This document shows, in pieces, positions 55,241 to 64,000 of a stretch of DNA of 64,000 nucleotides; positions within the stretch are counted from its first letter, which is position 1; each line of letters opens with the position of its first letter. The notes under the pieces were generated by a model. The model made no database searches, was not told where the DNA came from, and saw only the letters and a program-made list of their open reading frames with translations. The stretch lies in NCBI GenBank assembly GCA_046758325.1, contig JBHHZZ010000003.1, positions 12,381 to 76,380 on the forward strand. The letters are read 5' to 3'. The position numbers and the translations under genes are program-made. The DNA is from Thermoplasmata archaeon. Its GTDB lineage: Archaea > Thermoplasmatota > Thermoplasmata > RBG-16-68-12 > JAJISG01.

Positions 55241-55618
55241 TTACCCGATGGGGATTCCCTCAGCTTCTAACCTCCTCTTCTCCCTTAGGAATATGACAGG
55301 TCTGCCCGCCTCTCTAAGGCGCCGTCTGAGACGTCGATCATTAGTCAAAACGACGGCCTCCTCCTCCAGGGCTGCCGTCAGAATTGCGTCGTCTCCTGTG
55401 CCCTCGACTTCCATAGTCCGATAGCGGGCCGCTAGCTTCAGGGCGGCTTTGGCCTTCCTGTCGGACCTCGAGAGCCTGGCGAGTTCCTTCAAGGCGGACG
55501 ACGGAATCACGACTTCATACTCCCCAAGGAGCCGCGTGAGTTCGCCTTCCAGGTCGATGGAGAACTGAAAGGGCATCATGAGAGCGTTGGTGTCTAGGAA
55601 TACGAGGACCTTATTCAC
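55241..55618 (-). CDS. PIN-domain protein
   Basis: 125 aa with N-terminal VFLDTNALM and conserved acidic residues (TNDRRL) of PIN nucleases. Confidence 0.65.
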   Translation of the reverse strand: MNKVLVFLDTNALMMPFQFSIDLEGELTRLLGEYEVVIPSSALKELARLSRSDRKAKAALKLAARYRTMEVEGTGDDAILTAALEEEAVVLTNDRRLRRRLREAGRPVIFLREKRRLEAEGIPIG

Positions 55619-55859
55619 ACGGGAAGATAGATCCGCCTACATATGCCTTTATCGAGAATCCCCACATTGATAGCCATTCTCCTCCTCGATAATGATATGA
55701 CAAGTTTTATTACCGATAGTGAGAACATAGGGACCGCAAGCCGTGAGGAGACCAGGGTTAAAGCGGTTGCCTCTCCAGTCCTCCTGTCGGTATCCCTTTT
55801 TGCCCTGGGACTCCTCACCTTGCCCCTTTATGTCTCCTTCGGTCCCCGCGTCAGCTCTT

Positions 55860-55937
55860 GATTATCACCGCAGATAGGCTCGGTGGCGAAAAATCGCGGA
55901 AGATACGGGGAACCTGCGAAAGCTATCGGTGATAATC
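55860..55937. repeat. Perfect 11-bp inverted repeat (GATTATCACCG ... CGGTGATAATC) separated by 56 bp
   Basis: Seen directly at 55860-55870 and 55927-55937, in the AT-rich 410-bp region upstream of surface-protein gene 3. Could be a MITE-like relic, a structured RNA, or a pair of regulator half-sites. Confidence 0.5.
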
Positions 55938-55949
55938 GTGTAATAAGCT

Positions 55950-56001
55950 TTTTATAGTGAGGTATCATAGCGACGCTATGTCCATAGCGTCCTGATGTAG
56001 A
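55950..56001 (+). promoter_or_regulatory. Promoter/operator of surface-protein gene 3: TATA (CTTTTTATAG), then 9-bp perfect inverted repeat GACGCTATG-TC-CATAGCGTC
   Basis: The TATA box at 55950-55957 is about 72 bp upstream of ATG 56029. The palindrome at 55982-56001 sits at the predicted transcription start, with an extra CATAGCG copy at 55976. Confidence 0.45.
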
Positions 56002-56028
56002 AAGGCTCGCTATGCAAAAGGTGAGAAA

Positions 56029-57327
56029 ATGAAGACAGCCGTGAGTGCCCTGTTGGCCCTCCTCCTCTTGGTCTCCCCCCTGGCAGCCTTTGCCGCTGCC
56101 CAGGAGCCCACGGAGATAGAGAGGGACCTGCAGGTCGACGTAAGCGTCGGTTCGACCGACCGCTTGGGCGGCGGCAACTGGGTCAAGATCGAAGTAGGAA
56201 AGACCATCTTTGCCGTCGTCTATGGAACGGAGAATAACCCGAACAACGTGAAGATGTTCGTAGAGTACGACAGGTACCTCGGAGCCGCGGAGATCTACAG
56301 CAATGAGACGGGCGAGTTGCTCGTAACTAGGCCCATCCCAGTGCGGACAATAATGGTCCAGAGCTTCGACCTCCTGGTGGAGTTCAGGGACGGAGACAAC
56401 GACGGCCTTCTCCACTTCCCGAGAGACTGGAGAGACCTCCTCATGGACACCTATGACTACCCCAGGAAAGTCTTGTCTCTCAAGCAGGCTTGGACTCTCG
56501 AGGGATTGGTCATAGATGACTCAGAGGAGAACGTCACGAAGGTCGACTTCAACCTGACTGCTACCAACCTCGGTTACACCGACCTGCGCCCTGAAGATGA
56601 TCCGGGCGATGGTCTAGACAGGATTACCTTGGCCTTCCACGTCAAGGTGGAGCGCGTCCTGAAGACGGGCGAGGTGAACGTCTACAAGGTAGTCGTCGAT
56701 GAGGACAGAGGCATCGTTTCCACGGAGCTCAACAGGACGGAAACACTGACGGGCCTGACCGTGAATGGCAGCTTCAAGTACGACCACTACATCGAAGGCT
56801 GGGACTGGGGCGGTAACGACTCCCGCCTGGCCATGGCAACCCACGTACTAGTCGGAAACCACGTGCCGCCCGAAGTTCTCCAATGGGCTCGACTACAGTT
56901 CGATCCCCACGCTCGGGCTGGTGACGACGAGTACCACGAGGACGCCATGACGGAGAGGCCTCGCCTGATAACCGTGGACAAGATGGAGTTCGAGGACGAG
57001 TGGACCCGCGTCGGTCGACTCCGGTGGGTCTCCGATGTGGAGGTCGACGGAGAGACCATGGAGATGAGCTTCCAGCTGCACGGGATTGAGCGCATCTTGA
57101 GCTTCGAGCACAACTTCGCGGGACTGCGTTTCCGCGGGGCCTTCATCTACCCCAAAGGCGAGAGGATCTTCCACGATCCGTCCCTCGACGCGAGTGTGTT
57201 CGTACCTGTGAGCATCGAATCTCCGCTGGGCCTGGGCCCCTACTTCATTCAGCTGGGGCTTGCGGGCCTTGCAGTGGTCGGACTGGTTCTCTACCGGACC
57301 CTCCGAAAGAAGCCCAACCCCCCCTAG
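56029..57327 (+). CDS. Secreted acidic surface protein, paralog 3 (larger, 432 aa)
   Basis: Signal peptide MKTAVSALLALLLLVSPLAAFAAA, a DGDNDG loop, many N-x-S/T sequons, conserved IYPKGERIFHDPSLD, and a C-terminal TM segment (LGLAGLAVVGLVLY) with basic tail RTLRKKPNPP. Confidence 0.7.
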   Translation: MKTAVSALLALLLLVSPLAAFAAAQEPTEIERDLQVDVSVGSTDRLGGGNWVKIEVGKTIFAVVYGTENNPNNVKMFVEYDRYLGAAEIYSNETGELLVTRPIPVRTIMVQSFDLLVEFRDGDNDGLLHFPRDWRDLLMDTYDYPRKVLSLKQAWTLEGLVIDDSEENVTKVDFNLTATNLGYTDLRPEDDPGDGLDRITLAFHVKVERVLKTGEVNVYKVVVDEDRGIVSTELNRTETLTGLTVNGSFKYDHYIEGWDWGGNDSRLAMATHVLVGNHVPPEVLQWARLQFDPHARAGDDEYHEDAMTERPRLITVDKMEFEDEWTRVGRLRWVSDVEVDGETMEMSFQLHGIERILSFEHNFAGLRFRGAFIYPKGERIFHDPSLDASVFVPVSIESPLGLGPYFIQLGLAGLAVVGLVLYRTLRKKPNPP

Positions 57328-57338
57328 GTCCCCCCTCC

Positions 57339-57385
57339 CCCCCGGGCCGACCTTTCAAATAGGCCCGGGGGTCTTTCCCCCTTTG
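57339..57385 (+). terminator. Stem-loop (CCCCCGGGCC / GGCCCGGGGG, about 14-nt loop) followed by a T/C-rich tract
   Basis: Perfect 9-10 bp GC stem 12 nt after the surface-protein stop codon, followed by TCTTTCCCCCTTT. Confidence 0.45.
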
Positions 57386-57387
57386 TC

Positions 57388-57735
57388 ATGGCGAGGATCG
57401 CCCCAGAGTGGACAGCAGAACTGAAGAAGGGATCCGTGCAGCTTCTCCTCCTTGCGCTGCTAAGGGATTCACCAAAATACGGTTTCCAAATCATAAGGGA
57501 GCTGAGAGATGTGACGGACGGGTTCTTTGACTTGAAAGAAGGCACCCTCTACCCGGCCCTCCGCAGGCTCGAGTCCAAGGGCTACCTGAAAGGTGAGTGG
57601 CACACCGACGAAGAGGGAGGCCCTCGAAAGTATTATCAGATGACAGATTTAGGTCGAAAGGCATTAAAGGAGGCTACAGAAGTGTGGAAGAGGTTAGCAT
57701 GGAGTTGCCAACGCGTATTGGAGAGGAGGAAATGA
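57388..57735 (+). CDS. PadR family transcriptional regulator
   Basis: PadR wHTH signature (LLLLALLRDSPKYGFQIIRELRDVTDGFFDLKEGTLYPALRRLESKGYLKGEW). Confidence 0.85.
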   Translation: MARIAPEWTAELKKGSVQLLLLALLRDSPKYGFQIIRELRDVTDGFFDLKEGTLYPALRRLESKGYLKGEWHTDEEGGPRKYYQMTDLGRKALKEATEVWKRLAWSCQRVLERRK

Positions 57736-58295
57736 ACTCCCTCGATCGCTACCTCAACCAGGTTTCCAGGCACCTGGTGGGGCTCCCTGCGAAACTTCGA
57801 CAGGATGTCCTGATGGAGCTGAAATCCCACATCCTGTCCCAGGCTGAAGTAGAAGAGGGAGAGGTAAACATCGTCGTGGAAAGGATGGGACCCCCCAAGC
57901 AGACTGCCAGGTCCTACATCCAACTCTACGGCTACGGCCTTGGTCTAAAGGTGTTGGCAGTGGTGGCCGCCGCGGCCCTGGCTTTCCTCACGTTGCCCTT
58001 CTCCATAGGTTCTCCGGCAATCCTAGGATCGGTGTGGATGTCTAACGCCAGCCTCATCGTCCTCATACTCTTCCTGATAGGTGTTGGTGTGAAGGTGGGT
58101 CCCAAGGCCGCCCTGGCCGCTGGGACCAGTGTGGCCGCGGCCCGTTTCTTGGCCTTCGGCGTTGCTCTTGTTTTCTCACTCCCAGGCCTGGTGACACAGC
58201 CGGCGGCGATCCTGGCCTTCATCCTGACGACGATAGCCATCGCCTTCGTGGGATACCTCGCGGCTCCACGGCAGAAGGCCTCCGCGGAAGGCTAG
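57699..58295 (+). CDS. PadR-associated membrane protein (HAAS / DUF1700-like sensor)
   Basis: N-terminal soluble helical segment (LDRYLNQVSRHLVGLPAKLRQDVLMELKSHIL) followed by about four TM helices. The start overlaps the PadR gene, the typical arrangement of PadR-HAAS pairs. Confidence 0.55.
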   Translation: MELPTRIGEEEMNSLDRYLNQVSRHLVGLPAKLRQDVLMELKSHILSQAEVEEGEVNIVVERMGPPKQTARSYIQLYGYGLGLKVLAVVAAAALAFLTLPFSIGSPAILGSVWMSNASLIVLILFLIGVGVKVGPKAALAAGTSVAAARFLAFGVALVFSLPGLVTQPAAILAFILTTIAIAFVGYLAAPRQKASAEG

Positions 58296-58304
58296 GTGCG
58301 GCTG

Positions 58305-59000
58305 CTATCCTGCCCTTCGCTTTATGAACTCTTCCACTATGAGGATGTGGTCGAAACCCATCTCGGGCAGGTCGTCTAGGCTCAGAAGACCAACCTCTGT
58401 GGCGTCGGAGCCAGATACCAGTTCCCCGCCAACTACCTCAAGCTCGAAGGCTAGGGATACCACATGACCTCGAGGGTCCCTGTCAGGGTTTGAGTAGACG
58501 CCAAGCAAGGAAGCCACCTTCGTTTTGAGACCCGTCTCCTCCTCGACCTCCCTCACCACGGCTTCTTCCACCGTCTCACCATACTCCACAATCCCCCCCG
58601 GTAGACAGAAGAGGCCCTGGAAGGGATAGTACCTCCTCTTGATGGCCACGAGCTTGCCCTCATGCAGTACCAGCCCGTCCACGGCGAGCAGAGGCACCTT
58701 GAGACCCGAGGCCAGATGAACCCTCAGAGCCGAACTCCTTTTCTCATAATCCTCAAGATAGCTCTTGCCAGCATCCGACACCACGAGATGGCGACCCTTC
58801 CTCTCCAGGGGATCCGAACCCAAGGCGGCTCGTACCCGCTCCCTCCAGCTACGAACTCTCTCGTATGAAAGGGGACCGGAGGAGAGAGCCGAGCTGAGGG
58901 GCTTCCCCTCCTTCAGCGTTCTCAGAAAGCGGGCTATGGCTTCGTCCACCACGAGAATCCCATTCCACTCTAGGCGTGGTTCCACGGTGAAGTCGAGCAA
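58305..59000 (-). CDS. NUDIX hydrolase with about 90-aa N-terminal extension
   Basis: Nudix box GGIVEYGETVEEAVVREVEEETGL in the C-terminal half. The N-terminal domain is unassigned. Confidence 0.75.
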   Translation of the reverse strand: MLDFTVEPRLEWNGILVVDEAIARFLRTLKEGKPLSSALSSGPLSYERVRSWRERVRAALGSDPLERKGRHLVVSDAGKSYLEDYEKRSSALRVHLASGLKVPLLAVDGLVLHEGKLVAIKRRYYPFQGLFCLPGGIVEYGETVEEAVVREVEEETGLKTKVASLLGVYSNPDRDPRGHVVSLAFELEVVGGELVSGSDATEVGLLSLDDLPEMGFDHILIVEEFIKRRAG

Positions 59001-59136
59001 CTCTATCCCCAGCCCTCAATGGTCTAGGCGCTTGAAATTACTGTGGGTGGCTGTCAAGTATCTCCACAGGAGCAGTCGGAAGGGTTTAAGTGGGGCCTTG
59101 GCATAGACCCGGCATCCCTGGGCTGGAGGACGATAT

Positions 59137-60549
59137 GTGAAGGACCCAGACTTGGCGGATTTTGCTGTGGATCTCGCTCAACGCAGTGGGGCGACCTACG
59201 CGGAGGCCCGTTATGAAGAGCAGACACAGGAGCTCTTCTTCCTGAAGAATGGCATTCTAGACGCCCTCTATGTGGGCAAGAGCCGTGGGATAGGAGTGCG
59301 AGTCCTCTACAAGGGCAGCCTGGGCTTCGCTGCCACGAACGAGATGTCAAGGGCGGCCGTTCGCGGGGTCGTGGGCGAGGCCATCAAGATTGCCCGCACA
59401 GGGCGTCGAAAGGATCCCATAGTCTTCGCGAAGGAACCCTCCGTCGAAACGACCTGGGCGGTCCCCGAGAAGAAGCCTATCTTCGATACCCCGATAGAGG
59501 AGAAGCTTGACGCCATCATGCATGTGGACCGGGAGCTCGGGGCCACGGGTCTGGACATCCCTGCGAGGTTCTTCCAATGGTCAGGCAAGACGATTGAGAA
59601 GTACTTCGTCAACGGCGAGGGGACAAAGATTCGATCCTACTCCCCTCGCAGTCGCCTTCTGTTCTTTCTGACGGTGGCCCACGACGGAGATGCCGAGCAG
59701 GCTCACAGGAACTACGGCTACGGCGGCGGCTGGGAAGCTTATGAAGAGTGGGAGACGCTGAACAGAGTCCTCCGGGAGGCCCGCTCCATGGAGAAAACCC
59801 TGAAGGAGGGGAAGAAGTCCCCTGAGGGGAAGATGGACCTGGTTGCAGGACCCCAGGTCTCAGGCATCGCAAGCCACGAGTCCTGCGGCCACCCCACGGA
59901 GGCAGACCGCGTTCTAGGACGCGAAGCATCTCAGGCTGGCAAGTCTTTCATCACGCCAGAGTCCACTGGCATGCGTGTGGGGAGCGAGGTAGTCAATGTT
60001 GTCGATGATCCTACCGTTCCAAACACGATTGCGCATTACAGGTACGACGATGAAGGCGTTGAGGCCCGCCGCCGCTACCTTTACAGGGAGGGCATCGTCC
60101 ATGAGTTCCTGCAGAACAGGGAGACGGCCGCGGTTATGGGCACCAGGAGCAATGCCGCCTCCCGGGCTGTCAACTACAACGTCGAAGCCATAGTTCGAAT
60201 GGCGAATACCTTCGTGGAGCCTCAGGACTGGTCAGTGGAGGAGATGATTGAGGACGTGAAACAAGGGGTGTACATGAAGTCCTTTATGGAGTGGAACATC
60301 GACGACAGGCGTTACAACGGCAAATACGTGGGCCGGGAGGCGTACCTGATTGAGAACGGGGAGGTCAAGCTCCCCGTGCGGCGGCCGGTTGTGGAGCTGA
60401 CGACGCCCACTTTCTGGTCCGCGGTGGACGCCGTTGGCAAGGACCTGGAGTTCGAGGCGGGCTTCTGTGGGAAATCCGATCCAGAGCAGAGCCTTGATGC
60501 CATGCTGGGAGGTCCGACCATCCGTCTCCGAGACATCTATCTGAGGTGA
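59137..60549 (+). CDS. tldD: TldD metalloprotease (pair 2)
   Basis: HESCGHPTEADRVLGRE motif. 470 aa. Confidence 0.85.
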   Translation: MKDPDLADFAVDLAQRSGATYAEARYEEQTQELFFLKNGILDALYVGKSRGIGVRVLYKGSLGFAATNEMSRAAVRGVVGEAIKIARTGRRKDPIVFAKEPSVETTWAVPEKKPIFDTPIEEKLDAIMHVDRELGATGLDIPARFFQWSGKTIEKYFVNGEGTKIRSYSPRSRLLFFLTVAHDGDAEQAHRNYGYGGGWEAYEEWETLNRVLREARSMEKTLKEGKKSPEGKMDLVAGPQVSGIASHESCGHPTEADRVLGREASQAGKSFITPESTGMRVGSEVVNVVDDPTVPNTIAHYRYDDEGVEARRRYLYREGIVHEFLQNRETAAVMGTRSNAASRAVNYNVEAIVRMANTFVEPQDWSVEEMIEDVKQGVYMKSFMEWNIDDRRYNGKYVGREAYLIENGEVKLPVRRPVVELTTPTFWSAVDAVGKDLEFEAGFCGKSDPEQSLDAMLGGPTIRLRDIYLR

Positions 60550-60553
60550 TTGG

Positions 60554-61876
60554 ATGGAGGACTTCGCGTCTCTGGCAGAGGGGATTGTCATCAGGGCCCT
60601 GGGGGCGGGGGCCCAGGACGTGGTCGCGAACGTCTATGCGAACAACTCCTATCAGATCCGCTTCGCCCAGAACCAACCGGTAATCGGCAATCGATGGCGG
60701 GAGCGTGCAGTCTTCGTGGGCCTCGTGGTGGACAAGCGCGTAGTGGCGACAGAGATCGAGGACTTGACGCGGGTGAATGAGGCCGTGGACGATCTCGTGG
60801 CGCTGGCCAGAAAGTCTCAGGAGAACCCCATCTATGGAGGGATTGCCGAGGGTCCCTTCCAGTACGCCGACGTTTCCGCGGACAAGCAGATCATCGACTT
60901 GGATGGAGGTGGAGACTACGTCGAGGCCGCCATCAACAGCGCCCTTGCTGAGGGGGCCGTTGAGACGGCTGGTAGTTTCTGGAAATACGACTACGAGCAC
61001 TTCCTCCACACTTCCAATGGCGTGGAGGGACATGATCGGCGGGTCAGCGTTTATCTGTCTGTACGAGCCTTCCTGGGGCCTGAGTCGAGCGGTCACGGCA
61101 TTGCCTGCGCTGCCAAGCTCTCTGGGTTCGACCCGGAAGGGGCCGGTCGAAAGGCAGGGCACATCGCTACCATGGCCAAGAACCCCAAGCGTGGTGAACC
61201 AGGCAAGTACGACATCTTGCTCGAGCCCCTCATCCTAGGCACCATGATCTACGAGATCGGCAATCGGGCCTCAGCTTATGCCGTGTTGGCGGGCCTCTCC
61301 CCATTGAAGGACAAGATCGGTGAGAGGGTCGCGTCGTCCGCCGTGACGATTGTTGATGACGGAAGCGCACGTTCCGTGAACCGGCGAAGGTTCGACGACG
61401 AGGGTGTACCCACGAAGCGGAACGTCCTGGTCGACGGCGGCGTGATGAAAACCTATCTGCACAACACCTCCACAGCGAAGTTCTTCAAACAGGAGACGAC
61501 CGCCAACGCCGGTCTCATCCAGCCCTCGCCTCACGCCCTGTTCTGTCAGCCGGGCGATTGGGGCCGAGAGGAGCTCTTGGAGGAGATCAAGGACGGACTG
61601 TGGTTGACCAACGCGTGGTACACCCGCTATCAATCCTATGTGACCGGTGACTTCAGCACGATTCCCCGGGATGGGATCTTCCGCATCAGGAACGGGGAGG
61701 TCGTCGAAGCCTGGAAGGACATAAGGCTGACAGACAACATTCTCAACCTGTGGAAACGGGTCGACGCCCTGGGCAAGGAGACCGAGCAGGTCAAGTGGTG
61801 GTACGAGGTCCCCGTTCCCGTGTTTGCCCCGCCTGCCGTGGCCCGCGACATCGGGATAACCCGATCTGCGATGTAG
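60554..61876 (+). CDS. pmbA: PmbA/TldE-family protein (pair 2)
   Basis: TldD/PmbA fold without the HExxxH motif, immediately downstream of tldD. Confidence 0.75.
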   Translation: MEDFASLAEGIVIRALGAGAQDVVANVYANNSYQIRFAQNQPVIGNRWRERAVFVGLVVDKRVVATEIEDLTRVNEAVDDLVALARKSQENPIYGGIAEGPFQYADVSADKQIIDLDGGGDYVEAAINSALAEGAVETAGSFWKYDYEHFLHTSNGVEGHDRRVSVYLSVRAFLGPESSGHGIACAAKLSGFDPEGAGRKAGHIATMAKNPKRGEPGKYDILLEPLILGTMIYEIGNRASAYAVLAGLSPLKDKIGERVASSAVTIVDDGSARSVNRRRFDDEGVPTKRNVLVDGGVMKTYLHNTSTAKFFKQETTANAGLIQPSPHALFCQPGDWGREELLEEIKDGLWLTNAWYTRYQSYVTGDFSTIPRDGIFRIRNGEVVEAWKDIRLTDNILNLWKRVDALGKETEQVKWWYEVPVPVFAPPAVARDIGITRSAM

Positions 61877-61923
61877 AATCGACCATGGTCCGAGGCGAAG
61901 GGGATTCTTTTACGAGCGATCGG

Positions 61924-63573
61924 CTAGTCGTCCCCTTTCCTCATGGGAATCCGCAGCCCTTTCAGACGGGCGAATCGAATTGCCTCCTCGTACCCAGCAT
62001 CCGCATGTCTCAGGACGCCTAGGCCAGGATCGGCGTTGAACACCCTCTCGATCCGCCGCGCAGCCTCCTCTGTTCCGTCGGCCACCACGGACATGCCGGC
62101 ATGGGTCGAGTAGCCGATGCCGACTCCGCCACCACTGTGGATGGCAACCAGGTCCGCTCCCGAAGCGGCGTTCAACAGAGCGTTGAGGAGGGGCCAGTCC
62201 GCCACGGCGTCGGAGCCGTCTCTCATGCCTTCGGTTTCCCTGGTCGGAGAGGCGACGGAACCGCTGTCCAGATGGTCCCTGGTGATGACTATGGGGGCCT
62301 CGAGTTGCCCCTCGGCCACCATGTGGTTGATTCGCGAGGCGAAGAGGGCCCTCTCCCCATAGCCAAGCCAGCAGACCCTCGCAGGCAGGCCCTCCCATGG
62401 CAGGTGCTTCTCCGCCAGCCTGATCCAGCGGGTCAGCTGCTCGTTCTCCGGAAAGAGCTCGAGGACCACCCTGTCGGTCTCCAGGATGTCCTGAGGGTTC
62501 CCCGATACGGCAACCCATCGGAAGGGTCCCCTCCCCTGGCAGAACATCGGCCGGATGTACAGCTTCACGAAGCCCTCGAAACCGAAGGCTTCCTTCAGCC
62601 CGGCATCCCTCGCCTGACCCCGGATGTTGTTCCCGTACTCAAAGACTACCGCGCCTCTCCTCTGGAAGCTCAGCATGGCCTTCACGTGGTCCACGATGGA
62701 TCTCTTCGACCTCTGGAGGTACTCCTTCGGGTCTGAGGCGCGAAGCTCGGCCGCCTCTTTCACATCGAGACCAGCGGGGATATACCCCTCCAGCGGATCG
62801 TGGGCTGAGGTCTGATCCGTCACGACGTCGGGACGGAATCCCCGTTCAACCAGCTCCGGGTGGACCTCAGAACAGTTGCCCACGAGGCCCACGGATCGCG
62901 ATCGTCCCTCCTCCAGTGCGTTCTTCACTATTTCCAGGGCCTCGTCAACATCATCCGTCATCTCCTCGCAATAGCCGGCCTTGAGCCTGCGGCGGGCTCG
63001 GTCCTCATCCACCTCCACATCAAGGCAGATGCCCTCGTTCATGGTGACGGCCAGAGGCTGGGCCCCTCCCATTCCTCCCAGACCGCCTGTGAGAACTACC
63101 TTACCATCCAGAGACCCGCCGAAGTGTTGCCTGGCACAGGCGGCAAAGGTCTCGTAGGTGCCCTGGATGATGCCCTGAGTGCCGATGTAGGCCCAAGCCC
63201 CAGCAGTCATCTGGCCGAACATGATTAGTCCCAGGTCCTCCAAATGCCAGAAGTGTTCCCATGTCGCCCATCTGGGGACCAGGTTGGCATTGGCCGTCAG
63301 AACCCTGGGCGCCCAGGAATGGGTTCTAAAGATGCCCACGGGCTTGCCCGACTGGATGAGAAGGGTTTCATCCTCCTCGAGGGCCTCGAGGCTCTCCACG
63401 ATCCTGTGAAAAGCCTCCCAGTTCCTGGCGGCCTTTCCCGTCCCACCATAGATGATGAGTTCCTCGGGCTTCTCAGCGTTCTCCAGATTGTTCTCCAGCA
63501 TCCTCAGGAGGGCTTCCTGGCGCCAGCCCTTGCATCGGAGTTTAGTGCCTCTTGCTGCTCTTATCTCAGGCAT
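61924..63573 (-). CDS. hutU: Urocanate hydratase
   Basis: 549 aa with the urocanase NAD-binding glycine-rich region ([17 protein letters not shown]) and conserved catalytic blocks. Confidence 0.9.
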   Translation of the reverse strand: MPEIRAARGTKLRCKGWRQEALLRMLENNLENAEKPEELIIYGGTGKAARNWEAFHRIVESLEALEEDETLLIQSGKPVGIFRTHSWAPRVLTANANLVPRWATWEHFWHLEDLGLIMFGQMTAGAWAYIGTQGIIQGTYETFAACARQHFGGSLDGKVVLTGGLGGMGGAQPLAVTMNEGICLDVEVDEDRARRRLKAGYCEEMTDDVDEALEIVKNALEEGRSRSVGLVGNCSEVHPELVERGFRPDVVTDQTSAHDPLEGYIPAGLDVKEAAELRASDPKEYLQRSKRSIVDHVKAMLSFQRRGAVVFEYGNNIRGQARDAGLKEAFGFEGFVKLYIRPMFCQGRGPFRWVAVSGNPQDILETDRVVLELFPENEQLTRWIRLAEKHLPWEGLPARVCWLGYGERALFASRINHMVAEGQLEAPIVITRDHLDSGSVASPTRETEGMRDGSDAVADWPLLNALLNAASGADLVAIHSGGGVGIGYSTHAGMSVVADGTEEAARRIERVFNADPGLGVLRHADAGYEEAIRFARLKGLRIPMRKGDD

Positions 63574-63630
63574 GAGCGTACCGGGCCTGATAGGTATCCA
63601 GCCGATAAATGATTTCTGGCACGACTGCTC

Positions 63631-64000
63631 TCAGAGCCTGGTCCGGAGGACCTCCAGGACGAGCGAGTGTATCTCCACCGCCTCCCGTGCCATTGCTTCC
63701 ATCCTCTCCCTCGTCTCAGCCACGTAGTCCGCCGCCTTGATGGAGGAGAGGTTGATGTCTACGTTAAGGAGGGCTCCGTGGAAGGCGGCGAGGGCCAGGT
63801 GGGCAGCGACTCCCGCGTCGGAGAGGGCGTTCGTGTTGCCCTTGCCAGCCACCTCGCGGACTGTGCTGAGGAGATCGAGACATCGCCTCCCGGTTTCCAT
63901 GGGTACCTCGGCCGCGCCCCGTAAGGCTTGCTGAAAGGCCTCCCTACGCTTTTCCTTGGCCTCAGAGGTGGAACGGTCCATCTTCAGAGCCTGGGATACC
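63631..64000 (-). CDS. Formiminotransferase-cyclodeaminase C-domain (FTCD_C / cyclodeaminase-cyclohydrolase) protein, 5' end outside window
   Basis: GNTNALSDAGVAAHLALAAFHGALLNVDINL is the FTCD_C signature. The reading frame stays open upstream of the Met at 63981 to the window edge, so the CDS is partial. Confidence 0.65.
   Translation of the reverse strand, partial: VSQALKMDRSTSEAKEKRREAFQQALRGAAEVPMETGRRCLDLLSTVREVAGKGNTNALSDAGVAAHLALAAFHGALLNVDINLSSIKAADYVAETRERMEAMAREAVEIHSLVLEVLRTRL

Noticed and set aside
55643-55861. 72-aa plus-strand ORF with two hydrophobic segments (and a 67-aa minus-strand ORF) inside the PIN / surface-protein-3 intergenic region
   Set aside because: Third codon positions are AT-rich, unlike every confident gene here. 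The region is better explained as an AT-rich regulatory or repeat region. A genuine small membrane protein cannot be excluded.
1-64000. Search for CRISPR arrays, rRNA/tRNA genes, integrases/transposases or prophage boundaries
   Set aside because: No regularly spaced direct repeats, no T-loop/anticodon-arm-like structures in the intergenic gaps, and no recombinase-like ORFs were seen. The methyltransferase/DUF5655/DinB insertion has no recognisable mobile-element hallmarks.

Overview
This 64 kb window is a GC-rich (roughly 60%), gene-dense stretch of what looks like an archaeal chromosome. Archaeal markers include an Hjc-like resolvase, a geranylgeranyl-reductase-family flavoprotein, a CTP-dependent riboflavin kinase fused to a winged helix (RbkR type), an archaeal-type RNase J, and TATA boxes about 25 bp upstream of leaderless starts. 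The tail-anchored, sequon-rich surface proteins would be consistent with a wall-less Thermoplasmatota-like organism, but no lineage can be proven from sequence alone.

The window is mostly core metabolism and housekeeping:
- a complete seven-gene Mrp (mrpA-G) cation/proton antiporter cluster;
- a compact lipA / 2-oxoacid dehydrogenase E1alpha-E1beta-E2-E3 / lipB operon, preceded by a FixX-type ferredoxin gene;
- tdh-kbl (threonine to glycine plus acetyl-CoA);
- purS / purL / purQ with insertions;
- a class II (B12-dependent) ribonucleotide reductase, homoserine dehydrogenase, and hutU plus a formiminotransferase-cyclodeaminase C-domain gene running off the window edge;
- two separate TldD/PmbA protease pairs, a DsrE-like/TusA pair, and Lrp-family and PadR regulators.

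No rRNA, tRNA, CRISPR array, integrase or transposase was recognised.

The most unusual content:
- A family of three paralogous, acidic, sequon-rich surface proteins, each with an EF-hand/dockerin-like DxDxDG loop, a conserved YPxGxxIxHDP motif and a C-terminal TM-plus-basic tail. Two are tandem at 32.8-35.0 kb and one is at 56.0-57.3 kb. Nearby are a small membrane protein plus double winged-helix regulator, a PadR / HAAS-domain membrane sensor pair, and an AT-rich 410 bp upstream region full of palindromes and inverted repeats.
- A methyltransferase plus DUF5655-like gene pair, and a DinB-like gene, wedged into the kbl / purS / purL neighbourhood.
- An operon of a class III aminotransferase and an amine-dehydrogenase-like gene next to an MFS transporter and a stand-alone Lrp ligand-binding domain.

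Many long ORFs in the track are antisense or alternate-frame artefacts of GC-rich DNA and were not called.
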